A DNA stretch of 64,000 nucleotides from Bacteroidota bacterium (GCA_039795225.1 JBDKEN010000001.1:21610-85609), one strand, 5' to 3'. Numbered from the stretch's first letter, positions 1 through 10,490 are shown. The notes: generated from the letters alone by a model not told the origin. Made by a program: numbers and translations.

Positions 1-1
1 T

Positions 2-1201
2 GTCATTGTCCGCGATATGTGGTTGACCGGCTTTGACGCCCCCTGCCTGAGCACGATGTACATCGACAAGCCCATGCAGGGTCACGGCCTCATGCAGGCC
101 ATTGCGCGTGTGAACCGCGTGTTCCGCGACAAGCCCGGCGGACTGGTGGTGGATTATCTGGGTCTGGCCGACAGCCTGAAGCGCGCGCTTGCAACGTACA
201 CGCAGAGTGGCGGTAAGGGGCAACCCAACATCAATGTCGAGGAAGCCGTGGCGGTGCTGCTGGAGAAGATGGACATTGCCCACGCCATGCTGCACGGCTT
301 TGACTGGTCGGCGTGGACGGGCGACAACATTCAGGCACGTCTCGCCCTGCTGGCCCCCGGATGTGAGCACATCCTGGAGCAGGAGAACGGTCGATCCCGC
401 TGGATGCAGGTCATCACCGACGCTTCCCGTGCCTTTGCGCTCTGTGCGGCGAGCAACGAAGCCAAGGCCATCCGCGATGATCTTGCGTTCTTTCAGGCTC
501 TGAGAGGGGGCATGCTTAAGGAACGGGAGAACCGCTCCGACGATCCGGACCGTCTTGATGCTGCGATACGTCAACTTGTTGACAAAGCGATTGTCGCCGA
601 TGACGGTATTATTGATGTCTTCACGGCTGCCGGTCTGCAGAAGCCCGACATCAGCATTTTGTCGGACCAGTTCCTTGCCGAAGTGCGCGGTCTGAAGTAC
701 AAGAACGTCGCTGCCGAACTGCTTGAAAAGCTGCTGACCGACGAGATCCGCACAACCTACAAGAACAACATCGTCGAGTCGAAGCGTCTTTCCGAGCTCC
801 TGCAGCAAACCCTCAACCGCTACCACAATCGCGCCATCGAAACGCAGGAAGTGATCGAAGAGCTCATCCGTCTGGCCCGCGACATGCGCGAGGCGATCAG
901 TCGCGGTGAGTCTCTCGGCCTGAACGACGACGAGCTTGCCTTCTACGATGCCCTTGCCGACAACTCCAGTGCCCGCATTGTGATGGGCGACGACAAGCTC
1001 AAGCTCATCGCCACCGAGCTCGTCAAGAAGGTTCGCTCCAGTGTCACCATCGACTGGAACCTCCGCGAGCAGGCCCGCGCCAACATCCGCGTCATCATCA
1101 AGCGCATACTCCGCGAGCACGGCTACCCACCCGACCTGCAGTCCGAAGCCGCCCAGCTCGTGCTGCAACAAGCCGAGCTGCTGTGCGAGGGGTGGGTGTA
1201 G
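2..1201 (+). CDS. hsdR: Type I restriction endonuclease subunit R (HsdR), C-terminal part, 5'-truncated by window edge
   Basis: Frame is open to position 2 and reads [47 protein letters not shown], the HsdR helicase motor C-terminal motifs. Confidence 0.93.
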   Translation, partial: VIVRDMWLTGFDAPCLSTMYIDKPMQGHGLMQAIARVNRVFRDKPGGLVVDYLGLADSLKRALATYTQSGGKGQPNINVEEAVAVLLEKMDIAHAMLHGFDWSAWTGDNIQARLALLAPGCEHILEQENGRSRWMQVITDASRAFALCAASNEAKAIRDDLAFFQALRGGMLKERENRSDDPDRLDAAIRQLVDKAIVADDGIIDVFTAAGLQKPDISILSDQFLAEVRGLKYKNVAAELLEKLLTDEIRTTYKNNIVESKRLSELLQQTLNRYHNRAIETQEVIEELIRLARDMREAISRGESLGLNDDELAFYDALADNSSARIVMGDDKLKLIATELVKKVRSSVTIDWNLREQARANIRVIIKRILREHGYPPDLQSEAAQLVLQQAELLCEGWV

Positions 1202-1208
1202 GAGAGAG

Positions 1209-1250
1209 GGCACTGGGTACAGGGTACAAGGTACTGGGTACTGGGTACAC
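1209..1250 (+). repeat. 7-bp tandem array A (GGTACTG-like, 6 units)
   Basis: GGCACTG GGTACAG GGTACAA GGTACTG GGTACTG GGTACAC, in phase. Confidence 0.85.
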
Positions 1251-1479
1251 ACATTACGACACCCACACAAGACGTTCGCATCCCATCCCCATACTTCAGC
1301 CCTGGGCGGGAAGGGGGCGGGGCAGGGATGTTTGCCAGCAGGGGCAGGGAAGCCTCAAGCTGAGCAGTATGGGAGGACATTAACCGTTAGCATGGAGGAA
1401 GCTTCCTCAGACCAGCCCCTTGCGACAACGTTCATCAACCGGTACCCGTATCTTCGAATTCCTGAAGAAAGACACCGCT

Positions 1480-2820
1480 ATGCACGATATCATTTGTCCC
1501 CATTGTCATACAGCGTTTAAGATCGATGAGTCTGGTTACGCCGACATCCTCAAGCAGGTGCGTGATACCGACTTTGAAAAGCAGATTGCCGAGCGCTTGG
1601 CCATTGCCGAAAAGGAGAAAGAAAGTGCTGTCAATCTTACGAAGGCGCAATCCGAGATTGCCCTCAAGAGCAGTCTTGCTGAAAAGGAAGCGCAGATCTC
1701 GGCACTGAAGTCAAAGGTTGATAGCATCGAAATGGAGCGTCAACTTGCAGTGACCATGGCTACGCGAGATCTTGAATCTGAGCGTGACAAGCTGGCCAGT
1801 GAAATTGACCTGTTGAAGAAGCAGATGCAAAGTGCTGTTGATCTGGCACAGGCAACCTTCAAGAATGAGCTGCAGCAAACAGCGAGTGCCAAGGAGAGTC
1901 AGATCCAGTCGTTAAAGAATGATATTGAACGACTCACACTTGCGCAGGAGCTTGCCGAAACGTCGCTGCGCGAGCGCTATGAAGCTCAGCTCAAGGATCG
2001 TGATGCGGCAATCGAACGGCTGCGAGACATGAAGGCCAAGCTCTCCACCAAGATGGTCGGTGAAACCCTCGAACAACACTGCGAGATTGAATTTAATCGC
2101 ATTCGCGCCACTGCTTTCCCCCGGGCGTACTTCGAAAAGGACACCGATGCCCGCACAGGCAGTAAAGGCGATTACATCTTTCGCGATTACGATGAGTCCG
2201 GCACCGAAATCGTCTCCATCATGTTCGAGATGAAGAATGAGGCGGACCTCACGGCGACCAAGAAGAAGAACGAGGACTTCCTCAAAGAACTCGACAAGGA
2301 TCGAGCAGAGAAGAGTTGTGAGTACGCTGTGCTCGTGTCACTGCTCGAGCCAGAGAATGAACTCTACAACACCGGTATCGTCGACATGTTCTACCGCTAC
2401 CCGAAAATGTACGTTGTGCGTCCACAGTTCTTCATCCCGATCATTACGTTGCTTCGGAATGCCGCCATGAACTCGCTCAAATACAAGTCGGAACTTTCTC
2501 TTGTGAAGGCCCAGAACATCGACATCACCAACTTCGAAGAGGACCTCGAGAGCTTCAAGGACGCCTTCAAGCGGAACTACGACCTTGCCTCGAAGAAGTT
2601 CAAGGATGCGATCGACGAAATCGATAAGTCCATCAATCACTTGCAAAAGACCAAGGAAGCCCTGCTCGGTACCGATCGTAATCTCCGACTGGCAAATGAT
2701 AAGGCCCAGGATGTGACTATCAAAAAGCTCACGCGCGGCAACCCAACAATGGCCGCGAAGTTTGCCGAGGTCAAGAATGTCCCGAAGAATGATGCGTCAT
2801 CACCCGAGCCCCACGACTAA
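1480..2820 (+). CDS. DUF2130-family protein with N-terminal zinc-ribbon-like CPHC, long coiled coil and C-terminal nuclease-like domain
   Basis: [13 protein letters not shown] start, coiled-coil middle, then [29 protein letters not shown] and [24 protein letters not shown] typical of DUF2130. Confidence 0.8.
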   Translation: MHDIICPHCHTAFKIDESGYADILKQVRDTDFEKQIAERLAIAEKEKESAVNLTKAQSEIALKSSLAEKEAQISALKSKVDSIEMERQLAVTMATRDLESERDKLASEIDLLKKQMQSAVDLAQATFKNELQQTASAKESQIQSLKNDIERLTLAQELAETSLRERYEAQLKDRDAAIERLRDMKAKLSTKMVGETLEQHCEIEFNRIRATAFPRAYFEKDTDARTGSKGDYIFRDYDESGTEIVSIMFEMKNEADLTATKKKNEDFLKELDKDRAEKSCEYAVLVSLLEPENELYNTGIVDMFYRYPKMYVVRPQFFIPIITLLRNAAMNSLKYKSELSLVKAQNIDITNFEEDLESFKDAFKRNYDLASKKFKDAIDEIDKSINHLQKTKEALLGTDRNLRLANDKAQDVTIKKLTRGNPTMAAKFAEVKNVPKNDASSPEPHD

Positions 2821-2843
2821 AACGCTCTCATCCATCCTCCTAA

Positions 2844-2934
2844 TTTGTTCTTCGTAATTCGTACTTCGTAATTGGTACTTCGGAATTGGTCCTTCGTAAT
2901 TCGTACTTCGTAATTCGTACTTCGTAATTCGTCC
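2844..2934 (+). repeat. 7-bp tandem array B (TTCGTAA/TTCGTAC, 13 units)
   Basis: TTCGTAA TTCGTAC TTCGTAA TTGGTAC TTCGGAA TTGGTCC TTCGTAA TTCGTAC ... in phase. Confidence 0.9.
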
Positions 2935-2945
2935 CAGCGGCCTTC

Positions 2946-5216
2946 TCACTTGATATGATAGATCCTTATCGCTGAACTTGCGTCGTATGGTGAAACACCT
3001 TGTAGGTCCTCGTCGATTATGGCAGCGAGCTTCGAGCCATCGCCGCTAAAGCTAAATGCTTCCGGGTAACTCCTTGCTGTTCCGACTGGGAGGGGACGTA
3101 GAAGTCGCTGTGATCGAAGATCAATGAGAGCTGCGGGAACACCCTTGTTATGTGACCAAGTAACATACTGCGCATCATTGGCTGAGAACGCCATCACAGT
3201 ATCTCCTGTAGTGCGTGAGATCTCGGCACCGGTTGTCATATCCACTAACCATGTCGTGAAATACGATATGGAGACTAGCCCCTGAATCGCCACAATCTTA
3301 CCTGACTGTGACAGCATTTTAGCTCTGGGGTAATAGCGAGGGTCTGCCAATGTATCCGGACGCCAGGTGAAACTTCGAACTGTACCGCCAGTTGTGATGT
3401 CGATAGTATAGAGTGTCACGGGATTAAATGTCTCAAAAACAGCGAGCGTGTTACCCTGCATCCCCATAAAGCCAGCTATTTTACCGTCAAATTGATTTAA
3501 AGGTATTGTGCGGCGTAAGGTGCCAGATGCAACGTCATATTCATCCATGCGGTCCCGTTCCGTGACGTATACCGTTGAGCCGTCCGAGGTTGCGTGGTGC
3601 CTACCAGGAGCTGATATTGTCGAAACAACCTCGCCTGTGCCTGCATTATAGATCGTAGTCTTGGCACCTGTGGACACAGCAATTCGCGAATCGGCAGCTA
3701 CAAAGCGAATGGAAGAGAAGCGCTCCTGAGTCCATTGTCTGTCTGTTCTCCAGAGCTGCGTACCAGTTGACGCATCAAAGACAAAGACCTCTTGCCACCC
3801 CGTGAATAACGCGACGCGCGAGCCATCGGAGTTCAGCGCAATATTCTGGGCCCAACTACCCAAGGGTAGTTTGAACTCTGTAAATGCTGTTCCAATTCCG
3901 CCGCAGGCCTTGAGATTTCCTGCATTGTACAGAGTTCCGCCAGTGATCGGTGATACCGCGGTCGAGGTAATTGTCCGTCCGTTCGTACTATACCCTTCGA
4001 GGGTGAGTGCGACACCAGCGGGCACCGTAACGCGAATCTTCCCGGTGGTTGATGAGGCGACCTTCACACCCGTTGGCGTGACAACCTGCACGAAGCCACC
4101 GATCGGTGCATCATTGCAATCCACGATCTGTGCCTCCAGAAGCGTCGGACATGGCGAAACGACGATGTTCTTACGAAACGTCTGGTTTTCTGCAATCGGA
4201 CCAACAGTCACCGGTGATGAGGACATGCCCTCGTTACCGCGTGCGCGAACCTGCACATCGAACGCTACGTCTGCCGGTACAAGCCGGCGATACATTCCAT
4301 CTTGATCGGTAATGACACTCACTTGCCCGATATCAACCGTGATGCCTGCAAGAGGGATGTTCTGGCCACATGTTACACGACCTTCGATAAAGGCTCGGCG
4401 AGCTCTCGGAACATCAAGATTCCAGTCCGTAAAGTGCGTTACGGTTCCAACGTACTGTCCGCCCGAAAGCGTAGCCTTCCCTTCCTCAACCCAGATACCC
4501 TGCTTTTCATCGAAATGCCAGAGTGGTATCTCCGACATGGAGGCACCGGCAGCAGGATACGTAAGGTTAGCGACAGCCCCCTTCGCGAGGTTAAGGGGCT
4601 GCCCCTGCGACCCCGTCAGGAGAACACGAAGAACGCCGTACGAAACAAGTTCTGTCGATGAACCATCAGCGCGCAGTGCGGCCATATCTCCTGAAAAGCT
4701 GTCATAGAAGTTTGCCGACTGTGGATCCAGATATCGTGCGGCCACAGAGACCGTTCCGGAGTAGCTGTTACCCTGAGCATCGATGTAGCCGTTCGCCGGC
4801 AGGTCAATGCTAGCAGCTCCAAGTGTTACCAGACCACCACTGGAGGCATTGATCGTCTTGATCTGCTTCGCTTCCTGGAGCGTCAACAGCATAGTTGTGA
4901 CCTTACCAGCCGATGGATAGGCGGCCCTTGCCCCGGTGAAATACCCGCTCTTGCGAACGGTTATCACCGCACGTGTTGATGGAACCGTCACGTTCTGAAG
5001 AACGAACACTCCGTTCCCATTGGTCGTCGTTGAGGTGCCATGACCGCTGACAACTGCCCCTTGAACAGACTTCCCTTCCTCGTCAACAACGCGACCGGTG
5101 ATCGTCGTGCGAACGGTTTCCGCGTAATCACCTTGGGCCGGGTCAGAGACGGAGTTACATCCCGTAAGCGCGGCAAATACAATTACTGTAAGAACAACAC
5201 GGAGCATAAAAGCCAT
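2946..5216 (-). CDS. Lipoprotein with carboxypeptidase-regulatory-like domains and C-terminal WD40/beta-propeller-like region
   Basis: Lipobox LTVIVFAALTGC from ATG at 5216; GRVVDEEGKSVQGAVVSG; repeated SxDGSxxA propeller motifs; strong SD GGAGG upstream of this ATG. Confidence 0.7.
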   Translation of the reverse strand: MAFMLRVVLTVIVFAALTGCNSVSDPAQGDYAETVRTTITGRVVDEEGKSVQGAVVSGHGTSTTTNGNGVFVLQNVTVPSTRAVITVRKSGYFTGARAAYPSAGKVTTMLLTLQEAKQIKTINASSGGLVTLGAASIDLPANGYIDAQGNSYSGTVSVAARYLDPQSANFYDSFSGDMAALRADGSSTELVSYGVLRVLLTGSQGQPLNLAKGAVANLTYPAAGASMSEIPLWHFDEKQGIWVEEGKATLSGGQYVGTVTHFTDWNLDVPRARRAFIEGRVTCGQNIPLAGITVDIGQVSVITDQDGMYRRLVPADVAFDVQVRARGNEGMSSSPVTVGPIAENQTFRKNIVVSPCPTLLEAQIVDCNDAPIGGFVQVVTPTGVKVASSTTGKIRVTVPAGVALTLEGYSTNGRTITSTAVSPITGGTLYNAGNLKACGGIGTAFTEFKLPLGSWAQNIALNSDGSRVALFTGWQEVFVFDASTGTQLWRTDRQWTQERFSSIRFVAADSRIAVSTGAKTTIYNAGTGEVVSTISAPGRHHATSDGSTVYVTERDRMDEYDVASGTLRRTIPLNQFDGKIAGFMGMQGNTLAVFETFNPVTLYTIDITTGGTVRSFTWRPDTLADPRYYPRAKMLSQSGKIVAIQGLVSISYFTTWLVDMTTGAEISRTTGDTVMAFSANDAQYVTWSHNKGVPAALIDLRSQRLLRPLPVGTARSYPEAFSFSGDGSKLAAIIDEDLQGVSPYDASSAIRIYHIK

Positions 5217-5527
5217 GGCAACCTCCGATAACATTTGATATAGATAATGAGCTGCTTGTTGATTCTGGTCGCAGCACCAGCCAGACAACCGAGATGCTCC
5301 GAGTCAACCCCACGGTAGACGGAGTCGAGATTTCACAGACGTATGCTATAGCCAACAACGACGATTACATGGTCCACCTTGTCTTACTGACAAGTGTGCT
5401 TGGGCAACTTAGGACTCTTTTCCAAATGCCAAACGATTACTACCGAAAAGTATTACTCAAAATTCTTTCCGGGGTAGCGCCAGACGTCCGGCGTGTGCAG
5501 GATTCCGGATAATGCGGGGACAACCAC

Positions 5528-5576
5528 CTCGTCATTCGTACTTCGTCATTCGTACTTCGTAATTGGTACTTCGTAC
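5528..5576 (+). repeat. 7-bp tandem array C (7 units)
   Basis: CTCGTCA TTCGTAC TTCGTCA TTCGTAC TTCGTAA TTGGTAC TTCGTAC. Confidence 0.88.
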
Positions 5577-5595
5577 CCTATACCGCTCCTCTCCG

Positions 5596-5603
5596 TAATT
5601 TCG
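5596..5603 (+). promoter_or_regulatory. Putative -7/-10 element TAATTTCG, 12 nt from kynA ATG (leaderless)
   Basis: TAATTTCG-GCGC-ATG. Confidence 0.55.
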
Positions 5604-5607
5604 GCGC

Positions 5608-6681
5608 ATGCTCTATTACTCTGAATATCTCGCCCTTGATGCCGTTCTCAACGCTCAACATCTGGAGAGTGCCAAGCATGGTGCGCCTGCGCATGAAGAG
5701 ATGTTGTTTATCATCACGCACCAGACATTTGAACTGTGGTTTAAGCAGGTGCTCTTCGAGGTCGACTCGGTAATCCAGTTGTTAGACCGGGAGTATGTGC
5801 CGGAGGCGGATGTTGCGGTGTGCCTTTCGCGGATTCAACGCGTTAATCGAATCATGGAGCACCTGGCCTCGCAGTTTACGTTGATCGAAACCATGACGCC
5901 GGGCGAGTTCATGGAGTTCCGTGCATTCTTGAATCCTGCCAGCGGGTTTCAGTCAGTGCAATGGCGTGTACTGGAGCGCACCCTGGGATTGCCCGAGACA
6001 AAGCGCGTTCTGCGGCACTACACCGAGCCATTCACACCGGAGCAACTCAAGCAGCTCGATGATGCAAGCAATCGGACAACGCTCTTTGCAGCCGTGCAGC
6101 GGTGGCTTGAGCAGATGCCATTCATGGAGCATGGCACCTATGCATTCTGGGATGCCTACAAGCAATCGGTAACCGCGATGCTCGACAACGACCGACGCGA
6201 AGTACGACGTCTGTCTGAAGCTGAGCACACCGATCCAACGCGCGCGCTCGAACAGATTGACGCCAATGAAAAGGGCTTCCTTGGACTCTTTGATGCAGAT
6301 GCCTATGCCGAGCTGCAGACGCAGGGAATTCGTCGACTCTCGCAGCGGGCAACACTGGCGACACTGTTCATTTCGACATATCGGGATCGTCCCTTGCTGC
6401 AGATACCCTATCGATTTGTGGATGCAATCATCGAACTCGACCGTCTTGTTTCGCTCTGGCGCTACCGGCATACCATGATGGTGAGTCGAATGATCGGCAT
6501 GCGCGTCGGGACAGGGGGCTCAAGTGGTCACGACTATTTGATGCAGACAACGGTGCGCCAGCGAGTCTTCGATGATCTGACGTCGCTTTCGTCCTATCTC
6601 GTTTCGCCGCAGCACACACCTGTGCTCCCAGCGGAGATCGAGTCGCGTCTGCAGTTTGTTAACGAAGCGTCCAAGGGCTAG
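5608..6681 (+). CDS. kynA: Tryptophan 2,3-dioxygenase family protein
   Basis: EEMLFIITHQTFELWFKQVLFEVDSV, LIETMTPGEFMEFRAFLNPASGFQSVQWRVLE. Confidence 0.93.
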   Translation: MLYYSEYLALDAVLNAQHLESAKHGAPAHEEMLFIITHQTFELWFKQVLFEVDSVIQLLDREYVPEADVAVCLSRIQRVNRIMEHLASQFTLIETMTPGEFMEFRAFLNPASGFQSVQWRVLERTLGLPETKRVLRHYTEPFTPEQLKQLDDASNRTTLFAAVQRWLEQMPFMEHGTYAFWDAYKQSVTAMLDNDRREVRRLSEAEHTDPTRALEQIDANEKGFLGLFDADAYAELQTQGIRRLSQRATLATLFISTYRDRPLLQIPYRFVDAIIELDRLVSLWRYRHTMMVSRMIGMRVGTGGSSGHDYLMQTTVRQRVFDDLTSLSSYLVSPQHTPVLPAEIESRLQFVNEASKG

Positions 6682-6696
6682 AGTCGCGCTCGTTCC

Positions 6697-7431
6697 ATGA
6701 GCATGCTCATGGAACCAATGAAGACGCTTCTCCGATCGGTCATTCGCGTCATTAATGACGTCGTCTTTCCACGCCACTGCCTGCTCTCAGGTGTCCACCT
6801 GCACGAGCCACCTGTGCTCGTGCCCGGGATTTCCGATACAGCGCTTGCGGCGGAAACCGTTGCCCCATACGGAGCGGCCCTCGAGGTTCTGATTCAACGT
6901 CACTTCGAGCCAGACGATTTCATGCTTTCGCGTGTTTCCTCCTGCTGGACATTGGACCGAAGCTCACGAATTGATGCGGCTATCTATGCGATCAAGTACG
7001 GCGGGCGCACATCCCTGGCAACGCACCTCGGCGCGCTCATGGCAGGTCATATTGATATGGCCGACCTCGATGCTTCGGCAATCATCGCGGCCGTGCCAAT
7101 CCATCGGGCACGACAGCGCGAACGAGGGTATAATCAAGCGTCGTTCCTTGCCGCTGGCCTAGCCGGTGCGCTCAATCGGGCGTTACTCGAGGAGGGTGTG
7201 ATCATTCGCCGGCGCTACACACCAACCCAAACGTCACTTGACCAGCAACACCGCTATCGCAATGTGCAGGATGCCTTCGTTGTGCGCGACCCTTCGATGG
7301 TCAAGGGGCGCACCATCGTCCTTGTCGACGATGTCCTAACCACGGGGGCGACCATCAACGCCTGCGCAACGGCGCTTGTCGAGGCCGGAGCACGACGCGT
7401 GGATGCCATCACTGTCTGTGTTGCCGTGTGA
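6697..7431 (+). CDS. comF: ComF family amidophosphoribosyltransferase-like protein
   Basis: C-terminal PRTase motif GRTIVLVDDVLTTGATINACATAL; HRARQRERGYNQASFLAAGLA. Confidence 0.9.
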   Translation: MSMLMEPMKTLLRSVIRVINDVVFPRHCLLSGVHLHEPPVLVPGISDTALAAETVAPYGAALEVLIQRHFEPDDFMLSRVSSCWTLDRSSRIDAAIYAIKYGGRTSLATHLGALMAGHIDMADLDASAIIAAVPIHRARQRERGYNQASFLAAGLAGALNRALLEEGVIIRRRYTPTQTSLDQQHRYRNVQDAFVVRDPSMVKGRTIVLVDDVLTTGATINACATALVEAGARRVDAITVCVAV

Positions 7432-7460
7432 GAGCTTCATTCCAGAAGTCCGTCTCGCAG

Positions 7461-7468
7461 TAACTTCG
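7461..7468 (+). promoter_or_regulatory. Putative -7/-10 element TAACTTCG, 12 nt from pepP ATG
   Basis: TAACTTCG-CTTC-ATG. Confidence 0.55.
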
Positions 7469-7472
7469 CTTC

Positions 7473-8879
7473 ATGATCTACTCCTTCGTTCGACACAGAT
7501 CCGCCGTTACAGCGCTGCTGGTGCTGTTCGCTTCTCTTGGTGCGATATCACAGACCTTTCCGTATGAAGTGTTCGATGACGACCTGCCCCCTGCCTCGGT
7601 TTACAAAGAGCGTCGCGAGCGACTCTTGCAGCAGATGGCTCCGCGGACGATGTGCGTTGTTCTATCGGCCGACGTCCGCAATCGTCAGAACGACGTTGAC
7701 TTCGAGTACCGTCAGAGCTCAGACATGCTCTACCTCTGTGGATCGCCTACACCAGCGTCCACCTTGGTGCTGATCAAGGACGGGGTCGTGATCAATGGAC
7801 GTCGACTTCGAGAAATCTTGTTCATTCCCGAGCGGAAGCCCGATCGCGAAGTATGGCAAGGTGTCGCCATGGGACCACTTGAGGCGATGCAGCATCTTGG
7901 CGTTGACACTGCGATTGCGACGAAGGACATGCGCGCACTCCTGGATAGCATGATCGTGCGTACCGACACGCTTCTCGTCTCAACCCTTCCAACACGCGCG
8001 CTCAACGTGCCCCTTGCCGGGAAGAATCTCTACAGTGAAGGAGAGATGAAGCGCTGGCTCAAGGAGCTCAACCCATCATGCATCTTGAAGACGCCAATCT
8101 CCTACCTCAGGGCCATGCGCGAGGTCAAGGACAGTGCCGAGCTTCGCTTGATGCGCATGGCAATCGACATCAGCATCGAAGGTCACTTGGCAACCATGAA
8201 GGGGGCTCGCCCCGGAATGAAGGAATACGAGCTTGAAGCACTCATGGAGTACGGCTTCAAGCGTCGTGGTGCACAAGATGTCGGCTATCCTTCGATCGTT
8301 GGCTCGAACTATAACGCCTGCATTCTCCACTACACGGCGAACCGTCGAACGACGAGTATCAACGACCTCGTGCTGGCAGATTGTGGTGCCGAGTATCATG
8401 GGTACACGGCGGACATCACGCGAACCTTTCCCCTGACCGGGTCGTTCACCAAGGAACAACGCCTGATCTACGACATCGTCCTTGAAGCGCAGGATTCAGG
8501 CATCGCCGCATCACGTCTCGGTAGCCCCTTTCGTGCACCGCACCAGGCCGCGCTCGACGTCATCCAGCGTCGCCTGATGGAACTGGGCATCACCGCGGCA
8601 CCGGAACAAGCATCGGACTACTTCATTCACGGGACCTCCCATTATTTAGGACTCGATGTCCACGATCCCGGCACCGGTGGACCACTCAAAGCCAACAGCA
8701 TCATCACCGTCGAGCCAGGCATCTACATCCCCGCCGGCTCACCCTGTGATAAACGGTGGTGGAATATCGGCATCCGCATCGAAGACGACATCCTCATCAC
8801 CCCCACCGGCCCCGTAAACCTCTCAGCAGCATTGCCCCGCAAGGCGGCTGATATTGAAGCGTTGATGAAACGAGAGTAG
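7473..8879 (+). CDS. pepP: Xaa-Pro aminopeptidase (M24 family)
   Basis: GAQDVGYPSIVGSNYNACILHY, VLADCGAEYHGYTADITRTFP, HGTSHYLGLDVHD, ITVEPGIYIP. Confidence 0.9.
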   Translation: MIYSFVRHRSAVTALLVLFASLGAISQTFPYEVFDDDLPPASVYKERRERLLQQMAPRTMCVVLSADVRNRQNDVDFEYRQSSDMLYLCGSPTPASTLVLIKDGVVINGRRLREILFIPERKPDREVWQGVAMGPLEAMQHLGVDTAIATKDMRALLDSMIVRTDTLLVSTLPTRALNVPLAGKNLYSEGEMKRWLKELNPSCILKTPISYLRAMREVKDSAELRLMRMAIDISIEGHLATMKGARPGMKEYELEALMEYGFKRRGAQDVGYPSIVGSNYNACILHYTANRRTTSINDLVLADCGAEYHGYTADITRTFPLTGSFTKEQRLIYDIVLEAQDSGIAASRLGSPFRAPHQAALDVIQRRLMELGITAAPEQASDYFIHGTSHYLGLDVHDPGTGGPLKANSIITVEPGIYIPAGSPCDKRWWNIGIRIEDDILITPTGPVNLSAALPRKAADIEALMKRE

Positions 8880-8885
8880 GGGCGC

Positions 8886-8955
8886 AATTACCAATTACCA
8901 ATTACCAATTACCAAGTACCAAGTACCAATTACGAATGACTAATGGCAAAGTACG
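8886..8955 (-). repeat. 7-bp tandem array D (10 units, opposite orientation to array E)
   Basis: AATTACC x4, AAGTACC x2, AATTACG AATGACT AATGGCA AAGTACG (reverse complement of GGTAATT). Confidence 0.9.
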
Positions 8956-9026
8956 TCAACAATGTACGCTGACTGCTTCGTCATAGGTTTGACGAGGTCC
9001 TTGATTGGGGACATTATTCACGGTCC

Positions 9027-9138
9027 TTGGTAATTCGTACTTGGTAATTAGTAATTCGTACTTGGTAATTGGTAATTCGTACTTGTTAACTGGTAATTCG
9101 TACTTAGTAATTGGTAATTGGCAATTCGTACTTGGTAA
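9027..9138 (+). repeat. 7-bp tandem array E (16 units)
   Basis: TTGGTAA TTCGTAC TTGGTAA TTAGTAA TTCGTAC TTGGTAA TTGGTAA TTCGTAC TTGTTAA CTGGTAA TTCGTAC TTAGTAA TTGGTAA TTGGCAA TTCGTAC TTGGTAA; no phase break. Confidence 0.93.
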
Positions 9139-9146
9139 CTTGCCCC

Positions 9147-10490
9147 ATGTTCATCCGATCAATTTCTGGGCTACGAGCCACGCTTGGTGATGACCTGACG
9201 CCGGCGGTTGTTGCGAGATATGCGGAAGCCTTTAGTGCAATCCTCCCCAATGGGCCGATCGTTGTTGGTCGAGACGGGCGTCCGAGTGGACTGTGGATAG
9301 AGCAGGTTCTCATTGGTGCACTCCGTGCATGTGGCCGTACGGTGCGTCATCTTGGTATGATGCCAACGCCAACGGTGCAGCTACTGACGGAGCATTCCGA
9401 TGCTGTGGGTGGTATTTCCATTACTGCATCGCATAACCCGGCACCGTGGAATGGCTTGAAGTTTGTTGACGCTGGCGGCGTTTTTCTTGATGCTGACGGT
9501 AATGCGCAACTCTGGGAGGCGGCCGATGCAGCATCGGCGAACCGTTCATCCGAGCAGCAAGCAGGTATTCTTGAGCAGATTGATGATGCCGCGGCGCGAC
9601 ACGTTGATGTTGTGCTTGCACTTGAGGCAGTGTCCACAGCACCGAGTGCGAACGGTGAGACAGTAGTTGTTGATGCGGTCAACTGCTCTGGGTCATTCAT
9701 CGTGCCGCTCTTGCTCGAGCGGATGGGGTATCGGGTTGTTCGCTTGTTTGCCGATGGATCGGGGATCTTCCCACATACGCCTGAGCCCCTTGCAGAAAAT
9801 TTAACGGAGCTCGGTCGCGCCGTTGTTGCGCACGGCGCCATCATGGGCGTTGCCGTTGATCCGGATGCGGACCGGCTTGTGCTCTTTGATCGGCACGGGA
9901 CGCCCATTGGCGAAGAACGGACGGTTGCATTGGCTGCACGAGCTGTGCTCTTGCACGGACACCTGGGCTCGGTCGTAGTCAACTTCTCGACATCTCGAAT
10001 GGTTGACGATGTGGCGGCGGAATTCGGTCAACAGGTTGAACGTGCACCGGTGGGTGAAATCAATGTTGTTCGTCGGATGCAGGAGCTCTCGGCCGTGATT
10101 GGCGGCGAAGGTAGCGGTGGTGTCATCTACCCGGCATGCCATGCCGGACGTGACAGTCTGGTTGGACTTGCTTTAATCAGTGCAATGCTGCGTCGAAGCG
10201 GCACAACTCTGGATGACGTCTGTGCTGCGATCCCCTCCTACACGATGATCAAGACGAAGTTTGATCTCGCCTCGCGGGAGCAGATGACCAGCATAACGCA
10301 GCGGATCGTTGCACTGCACGGAGAACATATCGCCTCGACGGCTGATGGCATCTATCTGCGCTGGCCGCAGAGCTGGCTGCATGTGCGTGCTTCGAACACC
10401 GAGCCGATCATGCGCGTGATTGCCGAGGCACCAACGCCCGAAGAGGCCACATCGCTTGTGGAATCGATCACGGCGCTGATCCATGGCTAG
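9147..10490 (+). CDS. Phosphoglucosamine/phosphomanno-mutase family protein
   Basis: GISITASHNPAPWNGLKFV (phosphoserine loop), VDPDADRLVLFDRHG, C-terminal RASNTEPIMRVIAEA. Start set to ATG 9147 because the upstream in-frame extension lies in a 7-bp repeat array. Confidence 0.88.
   Translation: MFIRSISGLRATLGDDLTPAVVARYAEAFSAILPNGPIVVGRDGRPSGLWIEQVLIGALRACGRTVRHLGMMPTPTVQLLTEHSDAVGGISITASHNPAPWNGLKFVDAGGVFLDADGNAQLWEAADAASANRSSEQQAGILEQIDDAAARHVDVVLALEAVSTAPSANGETVVVDAVNCSGSFIVPLLLERMGYRVVRLFADGSGIFPHTPEPLAENLTELGRAVVAHGAIMGVAVDPDADRLVLFDRHGTPIGEERTVALAARAVLLHGHLGSVVVNFSTSRMVDDVAAEFGQQVERAPVGEINVVRRMQELSAVIGGEGSGGVIYPACHAGRDSLVGLALISAMLRRSGTTLDDVCAAIPSYTMIKTKFDLASREQMTSITQRIVALHGEHIASTADGIYLRWPQSWLHVRASNTEPIMRVIAEAPTPEEATSLVESITALIHG

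Noticed and set aside
1183-1383. 66-aa ORF between hsdR and the DUF2130 gene
   Set aside because: It runs through heptamer array A and low-complexity G-rich sequence.
5294-5512. 72-aa ORF upstream of kynA
   Set aside because: No recognisable motif, RBS or homology pattern; overlaps a likely promoter region of the divergent lipoprotein gene.
8886-9138. Possible CRISPR array (direct-repeat-like units)
   Set aside because: Units are contiguous 7-mers with no spacers and no cas genes nearby.
9111-9146. N-terminal extension of the phosphohexomutase ORF (start 9111)
   Set aside because: The extension is array-encoded (MVIGNSYLVTCP); the family-like N-terminus begins at M 9147.
9005-9190. 61-aa ORF with repetitive GNSYLVIGNSYLV peptide
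   Set aside because: It is a by-product of the 7-bp array being open in all frames; there is no independent coding support.
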